Below, piece after piece: positions 25,801-36,502 of a stretch of 64,000 bases of DNA (its first letter is position 1; each line of letters begins with the position of its first letter). The stretch is from assembly GCA_024704765.1 (NCBI GenBank), contig JAKMXF010000312.1, positions 248,001 to 312,000 on the forward strand, written 5' to 3'. A program made the translations under genes and the position numbers. The notes under the pieces are model-generated. The model did no database searches. It saw only the letters and a program-made list of their open reading frames with translations, and had not been told where the DNA came from. Source of the DNA: Oopsacas minuta. Its lineage: Eukaryota > Animalia > Porifera.

Positions 25801-28800
25801 TTATACACATTTAAATTTGGGTCTGGGTTGAATATCAGAGTCTCCATGTGCATAAGAACAGTTATCAATCATAATCGGGCAGCCCTGTGGATGATTCATA
25901 TGAAACCAACAGAGTTTAGTCTTTAAGAGTTGAGAAGTATTATCAGTGACAGATCTCTCTTCTTCTTCTCTCCAGTCACGAAGCTGGACACTTCCACCAT
26001 GAACTATATGGATAATACAGGAGAACTAGGATAAGGCGAACTCCATTGGGAAATAAAATTGTGTACGCTTCTATGAATATTCTTAATTAGCATAAAATTC
26101 GAAATCCTAAGCGGAATACAGGGCTCGCAACTCTCCTCGCTTGTCAAACTATTTTGCGTTTGCACATACAACAAAATCTCTACTAATATAATTCATAAGT
26201 GTAACGATTAAATTCTGACATTTTTCACGAATCTACGATTTCGAAACTTCCCAGGGGTTGAGAACTCTGCGAATATGTTTACTTCTGAGTTCTCAAATGG
26301 GTACATTCACTCTAGGGGGCTATATTGGCCTCATTCTCAAAATTCACCAACACTAGTGGTTATGATATTTACAAAAACAAGTCAAATAATTGTCCTTTAT
26401 TCGAATTAAAATTATTAAATTCGGCTAACTAAAGAAATATTTAGAATCAGATATCTGTGAGATATCTAGGTTTCCTTTAGAGGGAATATTCTTAAAAAAT
26501 GTGACAGCTTTCTCGCTCAATTTATCTCCGTAAACACTTAGAAAATGACTTGCTAGATCTTCAAGAATTGGTTGGGAGTGGAGGAGAATAAACTGGTCCC
26601 TTAGAATTCTTCCCATGGCATCTACAGTTGATGCATGCGTCCAATAACTGTCGTGTATCGACACAAATGTTACACCTTCCCGTTGGCAGTTTAGAGAAGT
26701 CAGCATCATGTGGCACGAGTCAAGGGAATGGATGAAATTAGGCGGGAAACCACTCCGTTGTCTAGTAACATTCGGTTTTTTCGTCCATTCAGAGCTGTAT
26801 GTTATGCTTAACGATTTCTGGAGTTTCGTGGTTATCCGTTTACTAAATGACTTATGATAGGGCTGTATACAAATTAATCCCATTGGGGTCATCCACTCAA
26901 CTGGGGATTCTCTAGCTATAATACTCGCAGATTGTGCAAACCAATTTTGAATCCCTTTCGCATTTTGGAACATTTCTGCCATAGATTTATTCAGGAGTTT
27001 TACTATGTAAGTGCTTGTATCAAATAGTTCACTTCTCTCCCAATTAGTCAATTCTTTTAATTGAGCCTCAACTTGTAGTCTAGCACCTATAAAAGTAACG
27101 CCGTATACCTCAGTCATAACCGGCTGTTTGACAACTTTACGTGAGATTAGCCCTTCTAATTTCTGGGCGACAAGGGAGCCATCTTTCGCGTCCTGACTTC
27201 TGAACTTCTCCACATGATTAGCGACCTCTGTGTAGACATCAGCTGGTACGATAGAGGGTATAAGATTCACACTTTGTGCTCCAATAGGATCTCTTCCTAG
27301 TGCGGCATAATGCTGCAGACCATTACAACTACCATCTTGGTGGATTGGAATGTTCGAGACGAAATTTTCAGGATCCCCTGACGAAATAGCGTCTCTTATC
27401 TCTTTGCAGACCGCCAGCACCTGCCAGGGCTCATCCTTGTCTTTCCACCAGCCCCTTCCATCCATCGGATTATCAGCTGATTCAATAATCTCGTCAATTA
27501 ATACGTTAGCTGCACTGAGCCTCTCCTGTAATGAAGTTCGTTTATAGAGGCCGGTCAGGTTAATTAGGTGGATTTTTAACCAGTCCAGCCCCTTCGGCCC
27601 CAGAGGCTTACCGACCGCGAATTTCATGATCCCCCTCTGGACATCGTCCCCCATGTGTGAAAGGGTAGGAGACATCGGGTAGGCTCGTCCTCTAAAGTCT
27701 AGATAATGAGGCAGCCAGAAAATTCGGTCCCTAAAAGTATCAGCTACTGATAATCTATACAGCAAATCCATATATAAGGAATAAGCTTCTGTGTTAGCTT
27801 TCTTTTCTTGTAAATGAGAAGATTTCAGTTTGAAATATTCATTTGGACTTAGCTTTGGACTCCATTCTGGAGAATTTTCGAGTTTTTCTGGGATTTTAGC
27901 AACGCCGAGTTCATCAGAGCCTCCAGCTCTGAATATTTTTATGACGTTATCTAGAATTGGCTTGTTTATCCTCCAAGGACAGTCCCCCAGATAATTAAGG
28001 GCATCAAACACCCCTCTCAGCTTCCCATTGTCACCTATTATCTCTTGGTGGTGTCCTCCCTCCGTGACACGGACCAGGAATGTCGGTAGACCAAGTAGTC
28101 CCCCGTCTCTGATAGAACACCAAGGTTTAGGAGGGATTAAAGTTGGCAGAGCGATAGCTGGGATCCGAATAGTAGCTTTATTCACTCTACTAGCGTTTCT
28201 AAAGAATCTCACCAGCTTTTCGTTGGGGTATATAGTTGCTGGCTCTTTGACCCCCTTCAGACGTAGGTAGTAGAATGGTTTTCCTGTCTTGATCTCTGGG
28301 TCAATATCCAAACGGGGCATACTCAGAGTATTCACAAATAAATACAATAAATGGAAGCCTATGCTATCTATCACACGATGTGGCCATATCGCATAATGTA
28401 TGTCTAGTGAGTTAGAATGCTGTTGTATTACTTGCTGCCAGTATTCACGTGATGAGTAATTACTGGAAATAGCGGAGTTTGTGAATATACGGCAATAGTC
28501 ATTATACATAGCTGATAAATCCGTGAATAAACCAGTTTTATCTTTCTTATTGATGACGTATCGATGCCAAGCGGCTTCGCCAATCACATTATTGAGTTGG
28601 AAAGTGGACAAGCCATTAACACCTAGAGATAGAAGTGGCAGTGCCACTTGATGTATCATAATTTCAGCCCAGGTTTCTGGTGGTAACAGACAAAGGAAAA
28701 GGGTGTCTCTTGGTAGTACAGGGCCTGTTCTCCCTTGCGTGTCCAGCTGGGGGAGATCTAACTCACTAAGGAGTAGGGTTTGTTCCTCTTTGATTGCTTT

Positions 28801-31800
28801 GATTAACTCATTTTTCCAATTTTGGATTGTTTCCTGCAATGCTTTGAATTTTGATATTCTCATTTCTAACATAACCTTACTTTTAGCGGCTGAATACGGG
28901 GGAGCTACTGATGTAATATCAGAGTAGCCAGCACGTTCTGTTTGTAATTGTTCATCTAAACAGTTGGATAATTCAGTGAATGATAAAATATCATTGAGAG
29001 GGGGGATTTTATTTCTAGAAAATTCATTCCTTTCTTCAGAGTATAATTCGGTGAGCATAGAAGGGAGCGGACCCTCTCTTTGAGGGGGATACTTCTGTGT
29101 CAAGGTGGGAGCAACTCTCTTCAGGGTATCTGTAACTATTCTAGCTTGATGTGGAGTTAGTCTACTTTTCTTCACAATATACTCAGGTTCAAAACCTCCT
29201 TCTTTCATTTGAGTAAGAGTTTCCTGAATTTCCTCATATTGGTAATGTTTGGAGTGAAAATATATTTTACAAGAATAACTATCCTGATTTATGATTTTAT
29301 TCTCGCTAGCTAATTCCCAAGCTCTCATGAACTTGTCGTTATCTCCCTGACGACTAGATTCGACCCAAGCCCAGAGTAATCCGTTTATAGTGTCAGGAAA
29401 TAGTTTGATTCTACTTTGCTGACAAGACAGAACGATATCCCAAGCAGCTTCCAATTTCCCTAGAGTCACCAGAGCGTCCAAAACACATACCAAATGCTTC
29501 TCACTGTAGACAGGATACTGACCCAGTTTGTTTCGTGGTTTGGTGTCTACCATTCGTTTGGAGAGATATTCTGAAACTTTTGACATCTTAATTAAATTAA
29601 ATTTTGGTGGAATTTCTTTCTCTTTTTTACTTTTACTAATTTCTGCTGCATTTTGTAACCGTTTATTAACGTTAGTCCATAAAACTGTGTCAGCGGACAC
29701 TTTGGTTTGTAAATAGCATTTATGATAAATGAGATTATCAAATTTTCTAAGATAAGACAACCGAAATACGAATCTGGAATGTGAAGATAAGTGTGCTAAT
29801 TGGACTATCATGAACTGAATTTGTAAAATAACAACAAAACACTGCCAAATAAAGTATTCGGATGATTCGTGAATGTATGATATGGGTGTGTAACAAAGGT
29901 ATTAATTATAGAATTGTAGAAATGCAATATCTATGGGTAATTAATAATTATGTTTCACCTGAAAATATTTGATGATGGTTCTTTAGGAGAGTTTGTAAAC
30001 CGCCGTGCTCATTCTTAAGTTTAACTAACAGATCTTTTGTGAATAATCCTACTATCTCTTTCATAGACATCTTGCCTGATATAGGAGAATATACATTAGA
30101 CACTGAATATAAGAACCTTGTTGGGAGTAGCAATACATGTCCTCATAACTGACATAAAAGACTGCAGAATATATGAGAACAGCTTTTCAGCGGACAGTTC
30201 TTATAACCGGTATCCACTGTAATAGAGTTTTACGTTAAATAATTTTCTCGAAGCTGCTTGGGGAATATTACTACTATAAATAGAAAGAAATCCAGTTTCA
30301 GTTTCAGTTTCAGTTTCAGTTTCAATTGAAAATGGCTTTTACTTTAATTTCAATTTCCCCCCCAAAAATTGTTACAATTTATAATATTACCTCCTCTATT
30401 CCACTCGCCTCCAGCGCTGTTATCACCTCTCTTAATTAGATTAGTAGCCACAAGATCAACAACTTCCGTCTGGAGTTGTCTAGGCTGTTTACTGCAATTC
30501 CTAACCTCCTGTACATTTCTAGGTAGGAATACTGTATCTATGCATTCATGATTCATTTTAGACCTCTTAGGAGGAATATCTGGTAACGAAGGCTCAGGCC
30601 TTGATTTGAGGTACTTTGTCCTCAATTTATCAATTCGAGAAGTTTCCTCTTTCGAGTAAGTCCTCGTTCTTCCTATTTGGCAAACCTACAAAGATCAGAG
30701 ATCTATCACATAGCTCATAAATGTCCTCACAATTATTATACTTATATGAAATAATTGACACCTTTTTGGTAGAAGGGATTCTCAGAATATCTTGCTCAAC
30801 TTTGAATCCACAAACCTCCCCTACTTCTCTAATAAAGTTCAAATAACTTCTGTATACACTTAAACTACCTTCTCTCTTGCTGAACTATAAGATTAGAATG
30901 TTTTCTAAAATTATGTGTATATTTTTCGTTTGTTTGTTTGTTTGTTTGTTTACCTTTGAATAGAAGTCATAAGCACAACAAGGAATAACACAATATTTCA
31001 TCTCATAACAAGACCTAACAATAATGAACAGATAAATAATACCCATCAAGGAGACAAACACATACCTTGAAGCAATAAATGGTATCCAAGGGGTAAGCTC
31101 ATCGGAATGGTTACCTATTACCCAATCAATTTCTGAGTTAAATGTGGCATCTACAGAGGGGATAAATGTGTCTTGCTAAACAAATACAAACAATATATGA
31201 AATATGAAAATAGAAATAATCACAAAATTAGTATACAAGAAGTATAAGAAAGTCTATTGTTACTAAAAATAGATTTGATTAAAATAGATAGTAACTTAAT
31301 ACTTGAGACTATTATGAGTAGAATAATTATTAATAAGAATTATACTATCAGATTAATATTAGTAAAGTGATTGAGTTAAGAGTTATGGCGACACGAGTAG
31401 CAGCTGTAGGAGAACTGATGTGTGTAGATGAGTTAGAGGGGAATCTAACAGATCTGACTAACCACGTGCAGATAGAGAAAGAGAAAGTGAGTAATAACTT
31501 CCAGCAGTTACACAGTCTGTTAGTAGTGAGGGAGCACAGTCTGTTACAAGAGATGGATGAGGTTGTTATGAGAGCGAGACAAGAGTTCAATGAGAAGAGA
31601 GGGCTCCTCCAGGAACTGTACACAGCCAGCGAAGACCTAGAGAGAGACCTGACAAGGAACAAATTGAGGAAAGTACTCGAGAAGAATCTACGAACGATAG
31701 AAGATGAGATCAGAGAGGAGGTAGCAAGGAGTGTGAATGTGGGGTGGGTCGAGTTGGATTGGAAGATGGAACAGCTGGAACAATCAGTGATTGATGTGTG

Positions 31801-34800
31801 TAAGGTTGTGGCACTGAAGGAGAGACCTATAATCCCAGTTGATTATTCTGTTAAATTGTGTCCTGTCTGGTCCCGAGAAGGAACAGGTTCTGGTGAGATT
31901 GCTAATCCCAGGCAAATAGCAATTGACAACAAAACACAGAATATATTTGTTGCTGATTATATCGCTAACATAATACAAGTATTCGATAGAGAAGGTAACC
32001 ATCTCTACAAAATACCAACACCTCAATGGCCTATTGGAATAGCTCTAATGAATGAGTTCATTTTCGTATCTGCTGAAGACGAGCTAGTAAAGATAGAAAG
32101 GTCAAGTCATGATTCTATCAAATCGGTTAAAACAGAGAGAAGAGTCTGGGGAATTGATATTGATAGAAACATGAATGTTTATGGATGTGAGCTTAAGAAC
32201 AAATCAGTAATTGTGTTTGATAAAGATCTCAAATTCCTGAAAAGAATCAAACTCAAAACTACTCAAGTTGAATCCAATACAAAAACAAATAGCATAAAAC
32301 TGTACGAGGATAACATGTATGTCATGTTTGGTATGTATCCTCCTTTCCATCTACAAATATTCTCTCTAGGAGGAGAGCTAGTGAGGTGTTTGATAGAAGA
32401 AAGTGAGATCAGTTGGAGTGATTTCTTCTCAATTGATCAACTGGGGAATATTATCGTAGCCGATTGGGGAGGAAATCAAATCAAGATATTCTCCAATAAA
32501 GGAGAAGTCCTACACACTATCAGTAGTGATATGCTACCAGGAGATCAGAACTTATATGGTCCCTATGGAGTAGCAATTAACAAGAGGAATAGAATTATTA
32601 TAGCTCAAGAGAACAAGGAGTGTAATCTCCTAGCTTTCTGAATTCTCCAAGTACACATATTTCCTTATTTCTTATACACTTTATCTTTCGTATAATTATC
32701 TATTCAAATGTTCAGTAATTATTATTAGTTATTACCTCAATATGCGTATTATCTCCGTATAGACGCCATATCTTCCTCTTCCTCATATCCACACCTTTCC
32801 CAGGATGCTATAAAAGGATAATACAGTAAACTCTCGTCATAACGAAGTGCTCAGCCCCAGGTTCATTTCGCTAAGTAAAATCAATTACTTTCAAGCTATA
32901 AGGTGTAGGTGTTATAACCGGAGTTTACTCATATCAAACTTGGCTATAACAGGAATTTGCTATAATGAAACAATATATTCGTGACGTAGCATTTCGCTTA
33001 CCCCTTCACTGTTAAGAATATGAGTTAAGAGACCGTTTCCACACCCTAGATCAAAGAAATATTGCATTTTATCTTTTCCGTTTTCTCTTCGCTCTTTCCG
33101 CCACAAAACTATCAAATAGGAAGCAATTCCGATATCTTCACAGACGAATTTTATCGGGTCAGTAGATTCAGGCCAAATCTATACAAATCAAGGTAATTGT
33201 AAAAATAGAATTTTAAAATATTCTAAACTAACGAACCTTAATAAAATCGTGTGCATACTTCCCTTTGAGTCTCAAATAAACCTCTGAATACTCCTCTAGG
33301 TTAATCAGCTGTTGAGTAGGCAGTCCACATGTGCCAACTGATCCAATAGACTCCTCTCCCCATCTCACCTATCCATTCAATTAATAGATGTTATTCCGAA
33401 TAATGGACAATTCAAATTTTCACCTACTTAACTATGATCCATAGTGTTATATGTAATTAATTGTTGGCAAGGGTATTTACACATATTTGTACTTTAATAT
33501 ATCTTACTATTCTTGGCAAAAGAGTATCAGAGAGCCAGCTGATGGTAGATAACAGCTGATTGCTAGACACAAAATCAGGTGTTGATTGAGAAATGAAATC
33601 CTGAGTCAGACAATACAAATGTATCCTAAAAGATACTATTTATAGATCAAACTATTTGTTAAAATTTATTATATTTTAAAGTCAAAAATATGCAAATTTT
33701 CGAAATTTTTATTGAATTATCCATGGAATGAATATTTCAAAAATTTTGAGATAAGTAGAGTAAGTTATGTAATTAATGGTTGCTAGGATGTGGAATAGGA
33801 ATGTTTAAAAGTCTGAATAATTCATAGAATGAACAGGTCACGATTCTACCTGACACCTAGCATAACTATTTACTCACGAGGCTTAACACGAGCCAAAATA
33901 AGTAAAAACACGATGATAGCGACAAGAACTATGTTGGAGGTCTCTTTGTGAAGGGACGATGAATCATAGTACATATTTATTAGTAATGATTACACAAGGA
34001 ATATCAGTACAGAGAGTAGATTATGTCTGAGATTAAAAGACAGTCATGTGAACTTTAGGGAGAGTATCTAACAGACAATTATTTTCTAGAAATCGCCAGA
34101 TATCACTTGGCACTGCCATAACTGACAATCTACAGAATATTAGTAGAACTCAGATTTTCAAAATACCTTTGTGTTACCAAAATATGTGTTGTTCTCGCCT
34201 ATGATAACAAATCAGATTGCGGAAAAGGTAAGATGGAATGTTCTATTTTCGCCAGGACATGCGGTTAATTTGTGAGAAGTATAATGTAGCAATCTACCAA
34301 CTCTTACCTTGAATCTAGTTCAGAATCTGAACAGAAGAATACAAACTTGTAAGAGAATTGAGTCAGGAAGTGCTCGCTGTGACAAATATCACTTGATAAT
34401 GGAATAAATGTTACGCTATCTCCTTCCTTATCTAAAGAGAGAATTTACACAATAGTTCAGGGACGGACTGGATCAAAAATTCGGATCAAGAAATATATTA
34501 ACACATATATCAAAACGAAAAATTATTTTTGTTGTCTGCAGAATTTATTGAAGAACTGTTAGGAGCTTTCAATGTGCTTTATCTTGGAAAAATAAGACCT
34601 AAGAGATATCTGAAAAAATATTGGTCTGGGCGGAGAGACCCTATAACTAAGCTCATCGACCCATCGGCGCATCGGGAAACCTCCCGATCGACAATAATTA
34701 GTGAGGTGAGGTAATTGGTAAATATATGAAATCATCATAGTCTAAATTAGAATGAATTGTCACTTATTTTGTTACTAATTTTAGAATGTAACGAATTCAA

Positions 34801-35466
34801 TAGAGAATACTTAAATATTGAATATTGGCAAATAATAATCGTAGCCGCAAAGTGTAATCATATGTTTGACGTTAATCTAATTAACGCGTAAGTAACAAAC
34901 AGGCAAATAAGAATTTAAATACATTGCATGATCCATGGGAGCGGTTCCCCCAACCTGAGATTCATGTCCCCCTTGGTGGTCTACGATCCACGGACGACAG
35001 CAAGGGGTCTACAGGATCTCAAAATTTGTTTGTAGTATACAGGAGGGTTCATAGAATGTGAGACCACGGGTGAAATGGTTGGGAACAACTGATCCATGAG
35101 ATAAGGCCAGAAGGACCTTTCTCAAACAGGTTACCTTCATCGAATTATTGAATACACGCAATTCAGCATGAATTTCAACACTTGCTTACCCGTTATAACA
35201 AACTCTTCTCTCGGTGTATAATGCTTTATTTTAGGGAGTAATCTTCTACACACAATATCAAACTTCCCCCAAACTCTATCCACCAAATAATCAACCTCTT
35301 CTCTCTTATAATTACTAGCTAACAGTTCTACATCCTCACGGGTCTCAATGTCTAGAGTAATAGCACCTAGGAATCGCGGGCTAGCTATTTGAGGACGAGT
35401 TATCCACACATCCAGCGCACTGAAATAATCTTCTCGCCTTAGCCCCGGTGATGAAACTTCACTCAC
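25801..35466 (-). CDS. TRMT44: tRNA (uracil-O2')-methyltransferase TRMT44, multi-exon, 5' end uncertain
   Basis: Exons encode [117 protein letters not shown]. The last exon 26003-25801 ([30 protein letters not shown]) carries the C3H1 finger. Confidence 0.9.
26425..29811 (-). CDS. POLRMT: Mitochondrial DNA-directed RNA polymerase (T7-like), single exon
   Basis: 1128 aa; [41 protein letters not shown] and [11 protein letters not shown] motifs. Confidence 0.97.
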   Translation of the reverse strand: MIVQLAHLSSHSRFVFRLSYLRKFDNLIYHKCYLQTKVSADTVLWTNVNKRLQNAAEISKSKKEKEIPPKFNLIKMSKVSEYLSKRMVDTKPRNKLGQYPVYSEKHLVCVLDALVTLGKLEAAWDIVLSCQQSRIKLFPDTINGLLWAWVESSRQGDNDKFMRAWELASENKIINQDSYSCKIYFHSKHYQYEEIQETLTQMKEGGFEPEYIVKKSRLTPHQARIVTDTLKRVAPTLTQKYPPQREGPLPSMLTELYSEERNEFSRNKIPPLNDILSFTELSNCLDEQLQTERAGYSDITSVAPPYSAAKSKVMLEMRISKFKALQETIQNWKNELIKAIKEEQTLLLSELDLPQLDTQGRTGPVLPRDTLFLCLLPPETWAEIMIHQVALPLLSLGVNGLSTFQLNNVIGEAAWHRYVINKKDKTGLFTDLSAMYNDYCRIFTNSAISSNYSSREYWQQVIQQHSNSLDIHYAIWPHRVIDSIGFHLLYLFVNTLSMPRLDIDPEIKTGKPFYYLRLKGVKEPATIYPNEKLVRFFRNASRVNKATIRIPAIALPTLIPPKPWCSIRDGGLLGLPTFLVRVTEGGHHQEIIGDNGKLRGVFDALNYLGDCPWRINKPILDNVIKIFRAGGSDELGVAKIPEKLENSPEWSPKLSPNEYFKLKSSHLQEKKANTEAYSLYMDLLYRLSVADTFRDRIFWLPHYLDFRGRAYPMSPTLSHMGDDVQRGIMKFAVGKPLGPKGLDWLKIHLINLTGLYKRTSLQERLSAANVLIDEIIESADNPMDGRGWWKDKDEPWQVLAVCKEIRDAISSGDPENFVSNIPIHQDGSCNGLQHYAALGRDPIGAQSVNLIPSIVPADVYTEVANHVEKFRSQDAKDGSLVAQKLEGLISRKVVKQPVMTEVYGVTFIGARLQVEAQLKELTNWERSELFDTSTYIVKLLNKSMAEMFQNAKGIQNWFAQSASIIARESPVEWMTPMGLICIQPYHKSFSKRITTKLQKSLSITYSSEWTKKPNVTRQRSGFPPNFIHSLDSCHMMLTSLNCQREGVTFVSIHDSYWTHASTVDAMGRILRDQFILLHSQPILEDLASHFLSVYGDKLSEKAVTFFKNIPSKGNLDISQISDSKYFFS
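30293..30324 (+). repeat. (CAGTTT)5 microsatellite in a TRMT44 intron
   Basis: Five perfect hexamer units. Confidence 0.9.
31385..32641 (+). CDS. Coiled-coil + NHL-repeat protein, copy 3 (intact, intronless)
   Basis: Same architecture as copy 2. Lies inside TRMT44 intron 31176-32735. Confidence 0.9.
   Translation: MATRVAAVGELMCVDELEGNLTDLTNHVQIEKEKVSNNFQQLHSLLVVREHSLLQEMDEVVMRARQEFNEKRGLLQELYTASEDLERDLTRNKLRKVLEKNLRTIEDEIREEVARSVNVGWVELDWKMEQLEQSVIDVCKVVALKERPIIPVDYSVKLCPVWSREGTGSGEIANPRQIAIDNKTQNIFVADYIANIIQVFDREGNHLYKIPTPQWPIGIALMNEFIFVSAEDELVKIERSSHDSIKSVKTERRVWGIDIDRNMNVYGCELKNKSVIVFDKDLKFLKRIKLKTTQVESNTKTNSIKLYEDNMYVMFGMYPPFHLQIFSLGGELVRCLIEESEISWSDFFSIDQLGNIIVADWGGNQIKIFSNKGEVLHTISSDMLPGDQNLYGPYGVAINKRNRIIIAQENKECNLLAF
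32824..32930. mobile_element. MITE family B (CAGTAAACTCTCG termini)
   Basis: TA-CAGTAAACTCTCGTCATAAC ... GTTATAACCGGAGTTTACTC. Relatives at 49647 and 57971. Confidence 0.65.
34939..35091. mobile_element. hAT-type MITE
   Basis: Termini GAGCGGTTCCC..AACC / GGTTGGGAACAACTG; 8-bp TSD ATCCATGG/ATCCATGA. Confidence 0.7.
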
Positions 35467-36036
35467 ACAAGTCCATAAGGTACTGTCCGTGTCGGTTAAA
35501 AAACTAGCCGTTTTAAAATCTATAGAATATTTTCTGGGTGAAAATCTGAATAATTAGTCGCAGGGCTCAGCAGAGCCGACAGATCAAGGGCGATGGACCT
35601 GATTAGTTTAATTTAGACTTGACTACGGTCTGCTTTCAGGGCCAGTACGATCCTTGATTCTGTCTCCGGCAGTTATTGAGGAATAACAGATAATTCGGCT
35701 TATTATTATATTAAATTCGATCAGATGTATACACATCAATTGTGACCTTGAAGCAGATTCAAAGTCCACCCAATTTTCAGTATTCAAAGAGTAAGCACCG
35801 CATACGCCTGGATTATACCCTATCGCTATGAATTTGCTAACTAACAATAAGAAATCAAATCATCCCTAAATATGAATGTATCATCATTCTTAAACTTCTA
35901 AACTTTAACACTATTAAATGGACAGGAAGCTGTTATCATTTGAGGATTACTCAAAAGAGTATATTACAAAGTGAAGATTGGTTTAGCACCATAACACCTC
36001 AAGTGTAATTCTAAATTATTAGTATTTGAAATAGCG

Positions 36037-36187
36037 CAGTCAACTCCTGTTATATCAAAGACGGATATATCGAAGTGTGAAATTGTACAAACATGGTCTT
36101 AAACCGTCAAAATAACATATATTCCATCTGTCATATCGAAAGTAATTATCACGGTCTCTTGAGCTTCAATGTAACAGGTGTTTACTG
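36037..36187. mobile_element. MITE family A copy
   Basis: CAGTCAACTCCTGTTATATC ... TAACAGGTGTTTACTG; interior matches 18578-18744. Confidence 0.8.
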
Positions 36188-36502
36188 ATTACCCAGCTCG
36201 CCCAAGACATAACTAAGCTCTACTGGATCCTACCCATAGCTACACGGGAGTTACTGTTATACTATTTGTAGATTCAAGGTTAACTCGATTAAGAAACATA
36301 TCTTATAAGTAATGAATAAATATAATTGTCATCAAATGTAAATGAAGACAACAACAACAAATATTGATACCATTAAACACCATATCGTAATCTCTAATTA
36401 TCTTAAAAATACACAAATAAATCAAGTAATGTAAAAAACTAATCAGGACATAGGACAGGCAAAATCTCAAATTCTGCGCTAATTTTCTAAGAAGAGAGTC
36501 AG

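Noticed and set aside
35623-35847. 74-aa ORF upstream of TRMT44
   Set aside because: Could be a first exon, but no consistent splice link or homology was identified.
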